Source: Polyangiales bacterium
GTDB taxonomy: Bacteria > Myxococcota_A > Polyangia > Polyangiales > Ga0077539
Length of the DNA: 64,000 bases
Assembly (NCBI GenBank): GCA_044229975.1
Contig: JBGARZ010000007.1
Coordinates: forward strand, 160,001-224,000
Direction: 5' to 3'
Shown here: piece after piece, positions 10,549-19,554 of the stretch
Numbering within the stretch: position 1 is the stretch's first letter
Layout of the letters: each line of letters begins with the position of its first letter
The notes under the pieces: generated by a model
The model's input: the letters and a program-made list of their open reading frames with translations, nothing else
Databases searched by the model: none
What the model was told of the DNA's origin: nothing
Made by a program: the position numbers and the translations under genes

Positions 10549-12225
10549 ATGATTTCCTCGTTTTTGTCTGGTCGCGCTGAAAAGCGCCCTTCTCCCAGCG
10601 GACCTGAGGTCACTTCCCGTCCGCCGCCTCGCACCTGGCGCGAGCGCGCCCGGCTGCTCCGCTACGACGGTCATCGCCTCCTGGGCATGGCTCAGGTCGC
10701 GGGGCGCTTCGGCATCGCCGACCCTCAATCGAGTCTCTACGACCTGCTCTTCGCGGTCGGCGTGATGGACTCGCCGCCTCCTGCCCACGTCGACCCGCCG
10801 GAGCTCGACCCGATGCCGTGGGGTGGACGCGAGTACGCCGCGCCGCCGCCGACGCCCCCACCGGGCTTCGACTGCATGTGGCCCCAGGCGCCCGCGGTGC
10901 ACCCGGAGTTTCCCACCGCGGTGCTCAACGTGAGCGCCGAGGAGAGCCGGCATCACCTCTACAAAAACGCCGCGCGCTACCTCGGTCAGGCGCTCGCCCT
11001 CGTTCCCCGCGCGGTGCTCCGCTGTTGGTTCAATGACCCGCTGGCGACGATGGACGCCGCGCGCTTCGACGCGATCATCTCGGAGACCTGCTTCGCGCAG
11101 TACCTGAGCGACGTCGTCGACGAGGACGACCTCGCGTCCCTCGGTTCTCCCAGTGAGCCGGTCTTCGTGATCGACGCGGTGCCGGTGGACGACGTGCCGA
11201 CCTTCGATGGCCTGCATGTGTCCCGCTGCCGCGTCTTCTTCGTGCGCGGCGAGGGCGACCGCTTCGCCGTCCGCGCCGTCCGCATCGGCGACCAGCTCTT
11301 CCGCCGCGACGACGGGCCCGACTGGTCGTTATCCCTCTATCACGCCTTGATGGGAATCAATTACCACCTGCTCGCCGGCCAGCACGGCATGCTGCACTTC
11401 CCCTATGACGCCATCAACGCAGTGACGCAGAGCCTCGTGCCGCGCGGGCATATCCTCTATCAGATATTGCGGCCCTTTACCCGATACACGCTGGGCATCA
11501 ACAAAGCGGTGTTGAACCACCGTCGCTCCGTCTATCACAACTCACAACGGGAGATCTATTCGCCCTTCGCCATGAGGAGCGCGGTGATTCGCGCGGTCAC
11601 GGCCCTCGGCTACAACGGCGTCGAGGGCGACCCCTACCACCGGCCCTACTGCTTCGGACAACGGCGGATGGTCCCGAGCGCGTACAAGCGCTTCCTCGAT
11701 GACTGGGAGTCGGCGATCGGGGAGCTCGTCTCGACGGTGGCGGCGGGCATCCCGAAGGGCGACCCGTATGTGCGGGCCTGGGCGGACGCGCTGGCGGGGC
11801 ACGTCCCCGGCTTCCCCGATGGCGAGAGCGTCTTCGTGGGCGACGCGCTGGCCCGCGCGGTGACGAGCTACATCTTCACGGTCACCGTCCACCACGCCGG
11901 GGACCACCACAGCTACGCGACGATTCCGGTGGAGGAGAGCCCGCTGCGGCTGCGCGTGCCGCCGCCCGATCGTCGCGCCCCGCGGCCCTGGCGGCGCGCC
12001 GACCTCCAGACCCGCGAGGACTACTTCCGCCACCAGCTCGCGCGGCCGATGTACTTCGCCCCGGTCAACATGGAGACCATCGACCAGGTGGTCTTCGGGT
12101 TTCAATCACGACACTACAAAGACGCGGTGAAGCTGTTTCGCGCGCGCATGGTGGAGATCGACGAGCGTTGGGCCGGGAGCCGCTTCCCGAGCTCGCGCGA
12201 GATCGCCTGCAGCATCCAGTACTGA
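10549..12225 (+). CDS. Divergent lipoxygenase-like non-heme metalloenzyme
   Basis: HLLAGQHGMLHF...VPRGHILYQILRPFTRYTLGINK matches the LOX His helix and PHFRYTLxIN region; VHHAGDH; C-terminus SIQY resembles the LOX SISI end. Confidence 0.7.
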   Translation: MISSFLSGRAEKRPSPSGPEVTSRPPPRTWRERARLLRYDGHRLLGMAQVAGRFGIADPQSSLYDLLFAVGVMDSPPPAHVDPPELDPMPWGGREYAAPPPTPPPGFDCMWPQAPAVHPEFPTAVLNVSAEESRHHLYKNAARYLGQALALVPRAVLRCWFNDPLATMDAARFDAIISETCFAQYLSDVVDEDDLASLGSPSEPVFVIDAVPVDDVPTFDGLHVSRCRVFFVRGEGDRFAVRAVRIGDQLFRRDDGPDWSLSLYHALMGINYHLLAGQHGMLHFPYDAINAVTQSLVPRGHILYQILRPFTRYTLGINKAVLNHRRSVYHNSQREIYSPFAMRSAVIRAVTALGYNGVEGDPYHRPYCFGQRRMVPSAYKRFLDDWESAIGELVSTVAAGIPKGDPYVRAWADALAGHVPGFPDGESVFVGDALARAVTSYIFTVTVHHAGDHHSYATIPVEESPLRLRVPPPDRRAPRPWRRADLQTREDYFRHQLARPMYFAPVNMETIDQVVFGFQSRHYKDAVKLFRARMVEIDERWAGSRFPSSREIACSIQY

Positions 12226-12240
12226 TACCGATTCACCTCG

Positions 12241-12515
12241 TGGAGGTTCGCGAAGTGGGCCGGGGTTCACGGTGCAGGCTCCGCGTCCGTCGCGCTCCGT
12301 TCACCCCGGTCAATGGTAGGGGGTCACCCCGCCGCTGCGCGACGGGGTTGCAGGATCGGATTCATTCGAGATCCGTTGTTGAAGTCGTCGAGAGACCTCT
12401 CTTGCAACCCCGTCGCGCAGCGGCGGGGTGACCCCTACCATTGACCGGGGTGAACGGAGCGCGACGGACGCGAAGCCTGCACCGTGAACCCCGGCCCCCA
12501 CGTCGCGAACGTCCA
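12241..12515. repeat. Long inverted-repeat element (family A), arms about 112 bp, spacer about 50 nt
   Basis: 12241-12352 is the near-perfect reverse complement of 12403-12515; lies between convergent genes. Confidence 0.9.
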
Positions 12516-12555
12516 TGGGGCAGATCGGTATGAGGCGCCGCGCCGTCGGCGCCGA

Positions 12556-13653
12556 TCACTCCCCCAGCCAGCGGCTCGCGATGGCGGCGATGGTGCCGTC
12601 CTGGCGCAGCGACAGGAGCGCGACGTCGATGGGCACGCGCAGGCTGCTGCCGTGGCGCACCGAGAAGCCGTACCCGAGCGGCTCGTACGACGCTTCGGAG
12701 ATGGTGAGCTGGAGGTCGGGGCGTTGGTTGAGCAGGTGCCGCAGCGCGGGCCGATCGAACACCACCGCGACGACCTCGCGGCGCACCAGCGAGCGCACCG
12801 CCCCGTCGAGCGTGCGGAACTCCACGGCCGTCCCGCCGTGGTGGCGCACGAAGAGCGGCGAGGTGGTTCCGCCGACGGTCGCGACGCGGCGGCCGCGCAG
12901 GTCGCCCGAGGTGAGGATGGACGCCGGGTCGAGCTGCGAGAGCGTGAGCGCGGTGGTGAGCGACGCCGTGAGCGACGACGTGATGACCAGCGCGGAGAGC
13001 ATCCACACGCCCGCGATGAGGCGCCCCGCCGGAGTGACGGGCGCGCGGTCGCCGTAGCCCACGGTGGTCATCGTCACGAGCGCGAGCCACACGCCGTTGG
13101 CCACACCCGGCCCCGCCGCCGTCGGAAACTGCGCCCCGTTGCGCCGCCGCTCCGCGAGCCAGAGCAGCACGCCCACCAGCAGCACCGCCAGGGTGATGGA
13201 CGCCGCGCCCAGCGCGAAGGTGCGCGAGAGAAACGGCCGGATGCGGTCGGAGTACCGCCGCTCGGCCGGCGCGAGGATGGCGAGGCTCGCGTCCTGGTAG
13301 GGCTGGCTGAAGGCCACGCGCTGCGCGCGCTCGGCGGTGATGCTGGTGGGTCCGACCCCGACGTCGACCTCGCCTGCGGCGACCAGCCGGAGGAGCTGCT
13401 CGGTGCTGTCCACGCGGCGAAACTCGTAGGTCCAGTGGTTGCGCGAGGCGACGTCGCGCCACACGTCGACGCTGAGGCCGTTGGGCTCCGCTCCTTCCAC
13501 ATCGGGCGCCACCACGAAGGGCGCCGACCCCGCGACGCCGACGCGTATCGGGTGCGCGGCGGGTTCTGGCGGCGTGATCGGTTGTGCGATCGCGGCCCGC
13601 GACGCGAGCGCCAACGCCGCGATGGAAAGCCAGCGGGTGATCGGGTTGGCCAT
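12556..13653 (-). CDS. Ligand-gated K+ channel, GluR0-like (periplasmic binding domain split by a pore domain)
   Basis: Signal peptide; ITAERAQRVAFSQPY SBP motif; TMTTVGYGD K+ selectivity filter. Confidence 0.88.
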   Translation of the reverse strand: MANPITRWLSIAALALASRAAIAQPITPPEPAAHPIRVGVAGSAPFVVAPDVEGAEPNGLSVDVWRDVASRNHWTYEFRRVDSTEQLLRLVAAGEVDVGVGPTSITAERAQRVAFSQPYQDASLAILAPAERRYSDRIRPFLSRTFALGAASITLAVLLVGVLLWLAERRRNGAQFPTAAGPGVANGVWLALVTMTTVGYGDRAPVTPAGRLIAGVWMLSALVITSSLTASLTTALTLSQLDPASILTSGDLRGRRVATVGGTTSPLFVRHHGGTAVEFRTLDGAVRSLVRREVVAVVFDRPALRHLLNQRPDLQLTISEASYEPLGYGFSVRHGSSLRVPIDVALLSLRQDGTIAAIASRWLGE

Positions 13654-13906
13654 GGAGGGTCGCGACTCTATCGCGGGGCGTTCAGGTGATCCCGAAACCG
13701 GCGGCGTGGCGGGTCGAGGGTCGCCCCATCGACTGCCCCGCTGAACGCACCGGCGGTCGAATGGTCGCAGCGCTCTTCTGCCTCGCGTCCGTCATGCACG
13801 CGCGGGCGGTGCGGTCGACCTTTCTCCATTACCGCGAGGAGTTCACGCCGTGAACGGAGGGCGCGCTTCAGAGCGCGGGTACAGGCGATTGGTTGCAGTG
13901 CTGACG

Positions 13907-14121
13907 TTCGGAGAAGACGGTGTTGGGAGGCAGAAGCCGCAAGGGCGCGAGGGTCGCAAGGACCGGGGTTTCATGAGGAGTGGAGACGAGCGCCGTGTGC
14001 GTGAGGGCGGTGCTTTGAAAGACTGCGGGCCCATACGTCCGCTCTTCTGAAACTCCGATCCTTGCGACCCTCGCGCCCTTGCGGCTTCTGCCTCCCAACG
14101 CCGCCAACGCCAGCTCCGAAC
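13907..14121. repeat. Inverted-repeat element (family B)
   Basis: gttgggaggcagaagccgcaagggcgcgagggtcgcaagga... (13922-13973) pairs with 14048-14099; related to 33881-34020. Confidence 0.85.
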
Positions 14122-14198
14122 ATCCGGTCGCATTGACGCGCGCTTGACGCGAGCGCTGGGTTCATGGCGCTTCGTCGGTCACCAAGGAGGGAGCGCAG

Positions 14199-14426
14199 AT
14201 GTTCGATTTCTTTCGCCGCCGCAAGGCCAACGGTCTGCTGGAGCGAGCCAGGGAGGCGCAGCGCAAGGGGGAGCGCGAGGAGGCGGCGCGACTCTTCGAA
14301 GAGGTGATCGCGCTCGGCACGGACCTGGCCGGTACCGCGGCCGCTACGCTCGCGGCGATGGCGCACGAGCGCGGGGACCACGCGAAGACCTGTCGTCACC
14401 TGGAGAGAGCACGCAGGGCGTGCTGA
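14199..14426 (+). CDS. Small TPR-like protein (possibly truncated)
   Basis: AGGAGG RBS upstream; A...G..EEAARLFEEVIAL TPR pattern. Confidence 0.55.
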   Translation: MFDFFRRRKANGLLERAREAQRKGEREEAARLFEEVIALGTDLAGTAAATLAAMAHERGDHAKTCRHLERARRAC

Positions 14427-14571
14427 TGCCCGAGGAGGGGGTGCTCGCGCTGCAACTCGGCGACGGAGGGCGCGCTCCAGATCGCGGGTACGTGCGACTA
14501 CGTCGTGGACTGATCGCTCGTCGACCGAGGGAGCGCCGCCCGGCGTCGAGCGTGGTAGTGCGGAGCCCACG

Positions 14572-15600
14572 ATGATCTCCATCGAACCGGCGTTCGACGT
14601 CCAGTTGGAGCATGGCGCGTACCTCCTCGCGGCCTCGGCCTCGGGTCACGTCGCCGCCCTCGACTCGAACGGAAAGGGCACCCTCCTCGGGTCGGATGGG
14701 GCGGTTTGCGCGCGGTTCCAACTCTGCGCGCGAGCGATGGGCCTGGCGCTCTCGACGCAGGGCGAGTGGATCGCGGCGTCCAACGAGGACGGGTTGCGCG
14801 TGGTTCGCGCGACCGGCGAGGAGGTGTGGCGAGCGTCTGGCTCGACGCAGGGCGTGGTGTTCACGCGCGGCGATTCGCTGCTGTGGAGCGTGGTCGTCGT
14901 GTCGCCATCCCTGGGCCGCGTGCAGGTCCGCGACGTCGCGACGTCCCAGGTCGTCAGCGAGGTCGAGGTGCCAGACCCCTTCGAACACTCGGTGTGGGTG
15001 CTGCTGAACCGTCCGGCAGACGACGGCGTCGTGCTCTGCTGCGTGTGGCCTCACGGAGGGCGCGCGCTCTTCCACCTGTCGCTCGACGGCGGGGCCGTTC
15101 GCGTGGCGCAGATTCCCGGGCACGACACGGCGACGGAGCCCCGCTTCGACGCCACGGGATCGCGCTTCCTCGACGTCGGGAACGACCGGGTCCGGCACCG
15201 CGAGTTTCCGGGCGGCGCCGTGTTGGGAGAGCTGTACTGGACCCCCGACACCGACTGGGTCGGGGACTACGTCTGCTACGCCACGGCGGAGCACGCGGTG
15301 GTCGTCTCCGGTGGGGGGCATCTGCACCTGCTCCGGTTGCGCGAGATGACGCTCGTCGACGAGCTCGTGCTGAGTGGCCACGAGCCGCAGCTCCTGAGCG
15401 CCCTCTACGATCAGCTGACGGGGAAGGATGCGCTGTGTGGAGACGCCGGCTACGTGCAGTTGCATCCCGCGGGTGGCCTCGTGTCGGCGCATCGTCATCT
15501 CGGGCGCTCGCTGAGCGATCCGGCGAAGTCGCGCGTGCTCCGGTGGCGCCTTCCTGCGGAACTCGATCCGACCGCGGCGGCGGCCCGCGCTCTCCCGTAG
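14572..15600 (+). CDS. Hypothetical beta-strand-rich (propeller-like) protein
   Basis: Long ORF with normal codon pattern; repeated short strands (LALSTQGEWIAA, PRFDATGSRFL). Confidence 0.6.
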   Translation: MISIEPAFDVQLEHGAYLLAASASGHVAALDSNGKGTLLGSDGAVCARFQLCARAMGLALSTQGEWIAASNEDGLRVVRATGEEVWRASGSTQGVVFTRGDSLLWSVVVVSPSLGRVQVRDVATSQVVSEVEVPDPFEHSVWVLLNRPADDGVVLCCVWPHGGRALFHLSLDGGAVRVAQIPGHDTATEPRFDATGSRFLDVGNDRVRHREFPGGAVLGELYWTPDTDWVGDYVCYATAEHAVVVSGGGHLHLLRLREMTLVDELVLSGHEPQLLSALYDQLTGKDALCGDAGYVQLHPAGGLVSAHRHLGRSLSDPAKSRVLRWRLPAELDPTAAAARALP

Positions 15601-15639
15601 ATCGGGTCGCCACACTCCCACGTGATGCGCGTCGGCGCG

Positions 15640-15980
15640 CGAGGGAGGCGGTCGGACCGCGAGCGCCCACTGCGCGGTTGCGGACGGCCCGTGGGCGGGC
15701 CTGCAACCGCTGAAGTGGGAGGCTGGAGCTGGGCGTCCCGCCGTCGCGGGACTTGCTGGCGGAGCGCCGAGCGCGCTGCGCTCGACGAGTGGAGGTAGAG
15801 GCTCGCCGAACGGCTTGGAGAGGAACGTCTTCACCCTCTCGACGGTCGCTCCAGCGACCGGCGCTCCGACAGGAAGTCCCGCGACGGCGGGACGCCCAGC
15901 TCCAGGTCCCGACTTCAGCGCGAGCAGGGCCACAGGCCCGTCCGCGAGCGCGCAGTCGGCGGCCTCCGATCGACCGCTCT
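15640..15980. repeat. Imperfect long inverted-repeat element
   Basis: Perfect 32-bp core 15723-15754 / 15874-15905 with imperfect pairing extending outward and inward. Confidence 0.75.
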
Positions 15981-16171
15981 CACGTACGTTGATGCACAAC
16001 CCGTGGGCACTGAACCCACCGAGGTCGAACCGTCGCAGCTCGCGCCTGGGTGGTCGATGCCCGTCGCTTCGCGACGGTTGAGGAGCGTCGGGCTGACCTG
16101 AGCGGGCGCTGAGCTCGCACATCCCTCTCGACACACCGATGGGGTCCCGCCGATACTCTCTCCCGCATGTG

Positions 16172-17032
16172 ATGGATGTGGGCGATCTCATCGCAGATCG
16201 GTTCGAGCTGGAGAGGGTGGCAGACCGCGGCGGCATGGCCGACGTGTGGCTGGCGCGCGACCGACACTCCGGGGCACCGACGGCGGTGAAATTCCTTCAC
16301 GACCGCACGGGTGATTCGGAGTTCGAACGGCTTGCGCGCGAAGCCCAGGTGCTCGCGGGCATCGTGCATCCGGGGGTGGTGCGCTACGTGGCTCACGGCA
16401 CTGCGCCCGGGGGAGTGCCCTTTCTCGCGATGGAGTGGCTGGAGGGTGAGACGCTGGCGCGTCGCCTCGCGGGAGGGCCCATCGGAGTCGGCGAGACGCT
16501 GCGGGTGCTCCGCGCCGTCGGCGACGCGCTCGCGGCTGTGCATAGCCGCGGCATCGTGCACCGCGACCTCAAGCCACAGAACCTCATGGCGGTGGGAGGC
16601 GACCTCTCGCGGCTCAAGCTCATCGACTTCGGCATCGCCCGATGGGACGAGGTGCTCTACGCGATGACGCGCACCGGCGTCGTCGTCGGCACCCTGGGGT
16701 ACATGGCGCCCGAACAGGCTCGCGGTGAGCGCGACCTCGATGCGCGCGTGGACATCTTCGCCCTCGGATGTGTCGCCTACGAGTGCATCGTCGGGCGCCC
16801 GCCCTTCGCGGCGTCCACCTCCGTCGCGCTGCTGGCGCGCCTCGCCCTTGAGACGGCGCCGCGGGTGAGCGAGACCTCGCCCGACATCCCCGCCGAGCTC
16901 GATGACCTCATCGCCGCGATGCTCGCGCGCGACCCGGCGAAGCGCGTCGCCGACGGGAGAGCGCTCGCGTCGAAGCTCGCGGCCTTCGACGCGACATCGT
17001 CGCGAGCGTTGACACCCGCGCGGGAGAAGTAG
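16172..17032 (+). CDS. Hanks-type Ser/Thr protein kinase (kinase domain only)
   Basis: RGGMADVW, AVK, HRDLKPQN, DFG, YMAPEQ and DIFALG motifs. Confidence 0.92.
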   Translation: MDVGDLIADRFELERVADRGGMADVWLARDRHSGAPTAVKFLHDRTGDSEFERLAREAQVLAGIVHPGVVRYVAHGTAPGGVPFLAMEWLEGETLARRLAGGPIGVGETLRVLRAVGDALAAVHSRGIVHRDLKPQNLMAVGGDLSRLKLIDFGIARWDEVLYAMTRTGVVVGTLGYMAPEQARGERDLDARVDIFALGCVAYECIVGRPPFAASTSVALLARLALETAPRVSETSPDIPAELDDLIAAMLARDPAKRVADGRALASKLAAFDATSSRALTPAREK

Positions 17033-17079
17033 GAGTACCGTGCAGCAGCCTCAGGCCTTCAACCAGTGAGCGACACGCG

Positions 17080-19551
17080 ATGACGACAGGGGCCGACGAC
17101 AAGCCCGATGGCCTGACCCTCGGAGCCAACGGACTCACCCTCGAGTTTCTCGCCAACCGGTCGAGCCGGTCGCCCGCGCCGGACGTCGAGCTGTCGTTCA
17201 CGGCACCGGCGCTCGGCGATGCCGCGCTGCGCGTGACCGCTGCGGACGTGCGCGAGGCGCTCAACGAGCTCTACGACATCGAGGTCGAGCTCAACACCCC
17301 CGACGCGTCGCTCGACCTCGACCTGCTCCTCGGCGCGCGCGCGGCGCTCGTCGCGAGCCGCGGGCCCCGGCAGCGCCGCTTCTGCGGCATCGTTCGCCGC
17401 GTCGAGCCGCTGGAGTCATGGGCCGATCGACGGCGCGCTCGCGTGTGGCTGGTGCCTGCGCTCTGGACGCTCTCCCAGCGGTCGGACTGCCGGATCTTCC
17501 AGGGGCTCTCGGCGGTCCAGATCGTCCAGAAGGTCTTGCGCGACGCCGACCTCACGGGAGAGGCGCTGAGCATCGATCTCCGCCGGGAGTATCCCGTCCG
17601 GGAGTACTGCGTTCAGTATCGGGAGACCGACCTCGCGTTCGTGATGCGCCTGCTGGAGGAGGAGGGGATCACCTTCTTCTTCCGACATGATCACGCCGAA
17701 GAGCAGCTCGTGCTCGTGGACTCTCCCAGCTTCGCGCTGGTGCCGACCCTCGACCGGCGCGCGGTGCCCTTCGCTCCGCCGCAGTCCGATCGGGCGCCCG
17801 TGGAGGTCGTCGATCGCTTCGGGCTGACGAGGGAGCTGCGACCCACCGGGGTGACGCTGCGCGACTACGACTTCACGCGCCCCACCGCGGAGGTCGACCT
17901 GACCCGCGCCCGACCTCGCGGCAGTGCGGGCCCGCGCGCCCTCTACGACTACCCGGGCGACTTCACGCAGGGCGAGTACTCCGTCGACGGGCAGTACTAC
18001 ACCGAGCACGACGGGAGCCGCCGGGCCGAGGTGCGGCACCTCGAAGCGCTGACGCCCGAGCGCCGCGCCGGCGGGAGCGGAAACGTCACCGGGTTCATGC
18101 CGGGTCGCGTCTTCGAGCTGCTCGGACACGAACACCCGAGCCACGACCAGCGCTACCTCCTGACCGGTGTCGTGCATCGGTTTCGCGCACCGGAAGAGCT
18201 GCTGGCCGGGGCCGCGCAGACGAGCGACGCGAAGGGTGACGAGCCGTATCGCAACACCTTCGAGTGCACGCCCACGAGCGTGGCGTGGACTCCCCCGCGG
18301 CGCACCCCGCGACCGGCGGTGCTGGCCTCGCAGACCGCGACGGTGGTCGGGCCGCCGGGGGAGGAGATCCACGTCGACTTCCACGGGCGCATCAAGGTCC
18401 AGTTTCATTGGGACCGCCGCGGCAAGCGCGATCACGACAGCTCGTGCTGGATCAGGGTCGCGCAGACGTGGTCCGGCGCCGGATGGGGGACGCACTTCAC
18501 CCCGCGCATCGGGATGGAGGTCGTGGTGACCTTTCTGGAGGGCAACCCCGATCGGCCGCTGGTCATCGGGTGCGTGCCCAACGGCGCCAACGCCACGCCG
18601 TACCACCTGCCCGACATGAAGACCCGCAGCACCATCCGGAGCAACAGCACGCCGGGGGGCAACGGCTACAACGAGCTGCGCTTCGAAGATCGCAGCGGGC
18701 ACGAGCAGGTGTTCGTGCATGCGCAGCGCGACCTCGACGAGGAGGTGCGCCGCCAGCACACCATCAAGACCGGGGAAGACGAGCTCATCACCATCGGCGC
18801 CAACCAGGTCACCAACATCGCCAACGTTCAGCGCATCAGCGTGGGCGCCGACCGCTTCACCACGGTCGAGAAGAGCGACCACGAGAACGTGCTCGAAGAC
18901 CAGGAGCAGGTCGTGGAGGGCGCGCGCACTCGGGTGGTGGTGAAGGACGAGACGGTGACCGTCCACGGTCATCGGACGATGAACATCCATCACGGCGAGA
19001 CGCGCGTCGTCCGCGGCGGATCGTCGACGGTCGTACACCCGATGCCTCCGCCGCCGCCGGGCCATCCGCCGCGGAACGACGACGACGGGCACTTCGCCAA
19101 CAGCACCGCCATTCACGGCAACCAACTCACCCAGATCCACGGGAACGAGCACGTCGAGATCAGCAACCGTAAGACCTACGTGGGGCGCCACGAAGAGCTC
19201 AAGGTCGAGAAGGACTACGTGATCAACGTCGGGGAGTCGGCCAACCTCCTCGTGGGTGACCTCGCCGAGCCCGGCAAGTCCAGCACCGGCTATTACATCG
19301 CCGCCGACACGGTGCGGCTCGGCGGCACGAGCGCCGACCTGAATGAACTTTCTCTTTTGAGAGAGAGCGACAGCATGACGTTTACGCCCGAGGCGATCAC
19401 CGTCGAGAGCCACGGGCGCGACATCGTCATCCAGATCGCGGGCACCGGGACGCACATCAAGATCTCCGGCGACGGCGAGGAGATCGAGATCAGCGCGAAG
19501 AACAGAATCACGCTGAAGGCCGCGAAGATCGCGCTCTCGTCGGGAGGTTAG
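17080..19551 (+). CDS. vgrG: Type VI secretion spike protein VgrG/TssI
   Basis: YCVQYRETDLAFVMRLLEEEGI, GRIKVQFHWDR, SCWIRVAQ, PRIGMEVVVTFLEGNPDRP and NELRFED...HAQRD motifs. Confidence 0.95.
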   Translation: MTTGADDKPDGLTLGANGLTLEFLANRSSRSPAPDVELSFTAPALGDAALRVTAADVREALNELYDIEVELNTPDASLDLDLLLGARAALVASRGPRQRRFCGIVRRVEPLESWADRRRARVWLVPALWTLSQRSDCRIFQGLSAVQIVQKVLRDADLTGEALSIDLRREYPVREYCVQYRETDLAFVMRLLEEEGITFFFRHDHAEEQLVLVDSPSFALVPTLDRRAVPFAPPQSDRAPVEVVDRFGLTRELRPTGVTLRDYDFTRPTAEVDLTRARPRGSAGPRALYDYPGDFTQGEYSVDGQYYTEHDGSRRAEVRHLEALTPERRAGGSGNVTGFMPGRVFELLGHEHPSHDQRYLLTGVVHRFRAPEELLAGAAQTSDAKGDEPYRNTFECTPTSVAWTPPRRTPRPAVLASQTATVVGPPGEEIHVDFHGRIKVQFHWDRRGKRDHDSSCWIRVAQTWSGAGWGTHFTPRIGMEVVVTFLEGNPDRPLVIGCVPNGANATPYHLPDMKTRSTIRSNSTPGGNGYNELRFEDRSGHEQVFVHAQRDLDEEVRRQHTIKTGEDELITIGANQVTNIANVQRISVGADRFTTVEKSDHENVLEDQEQVVEGARTRVVVKDETVTVHGHRTMNIHHGETRVVRGGSSTVVHPMPPPPPGHPPRNDDDGHFANSTAIHGNQLTQIHGNEHVEISNRKTYVGRHEELKVEKDYVINVGESANLLVGDLAEPGKSSTGYYIAADTVRLGGTSADLNELSLLRESDSMTFTPEAITVESHGRDIVIQIAGTGTHIKISGDGEEIEISAKNRITLKAAKIALSSGG

Positions 19552-19554
19552 CTC

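Noticed and set aside
10500..10550. AT-rich stretch with TTGACT as a sigma70 promoter
   Set aside because: No convincing -10 hexamer at 16-18 nt spacing
13907..14121. Palindrome as an integron attC site
   Set aside because: GTT/AAC ends are in the wrong order for RYYYAAC...GTTRRRY, and no integrase is in the window
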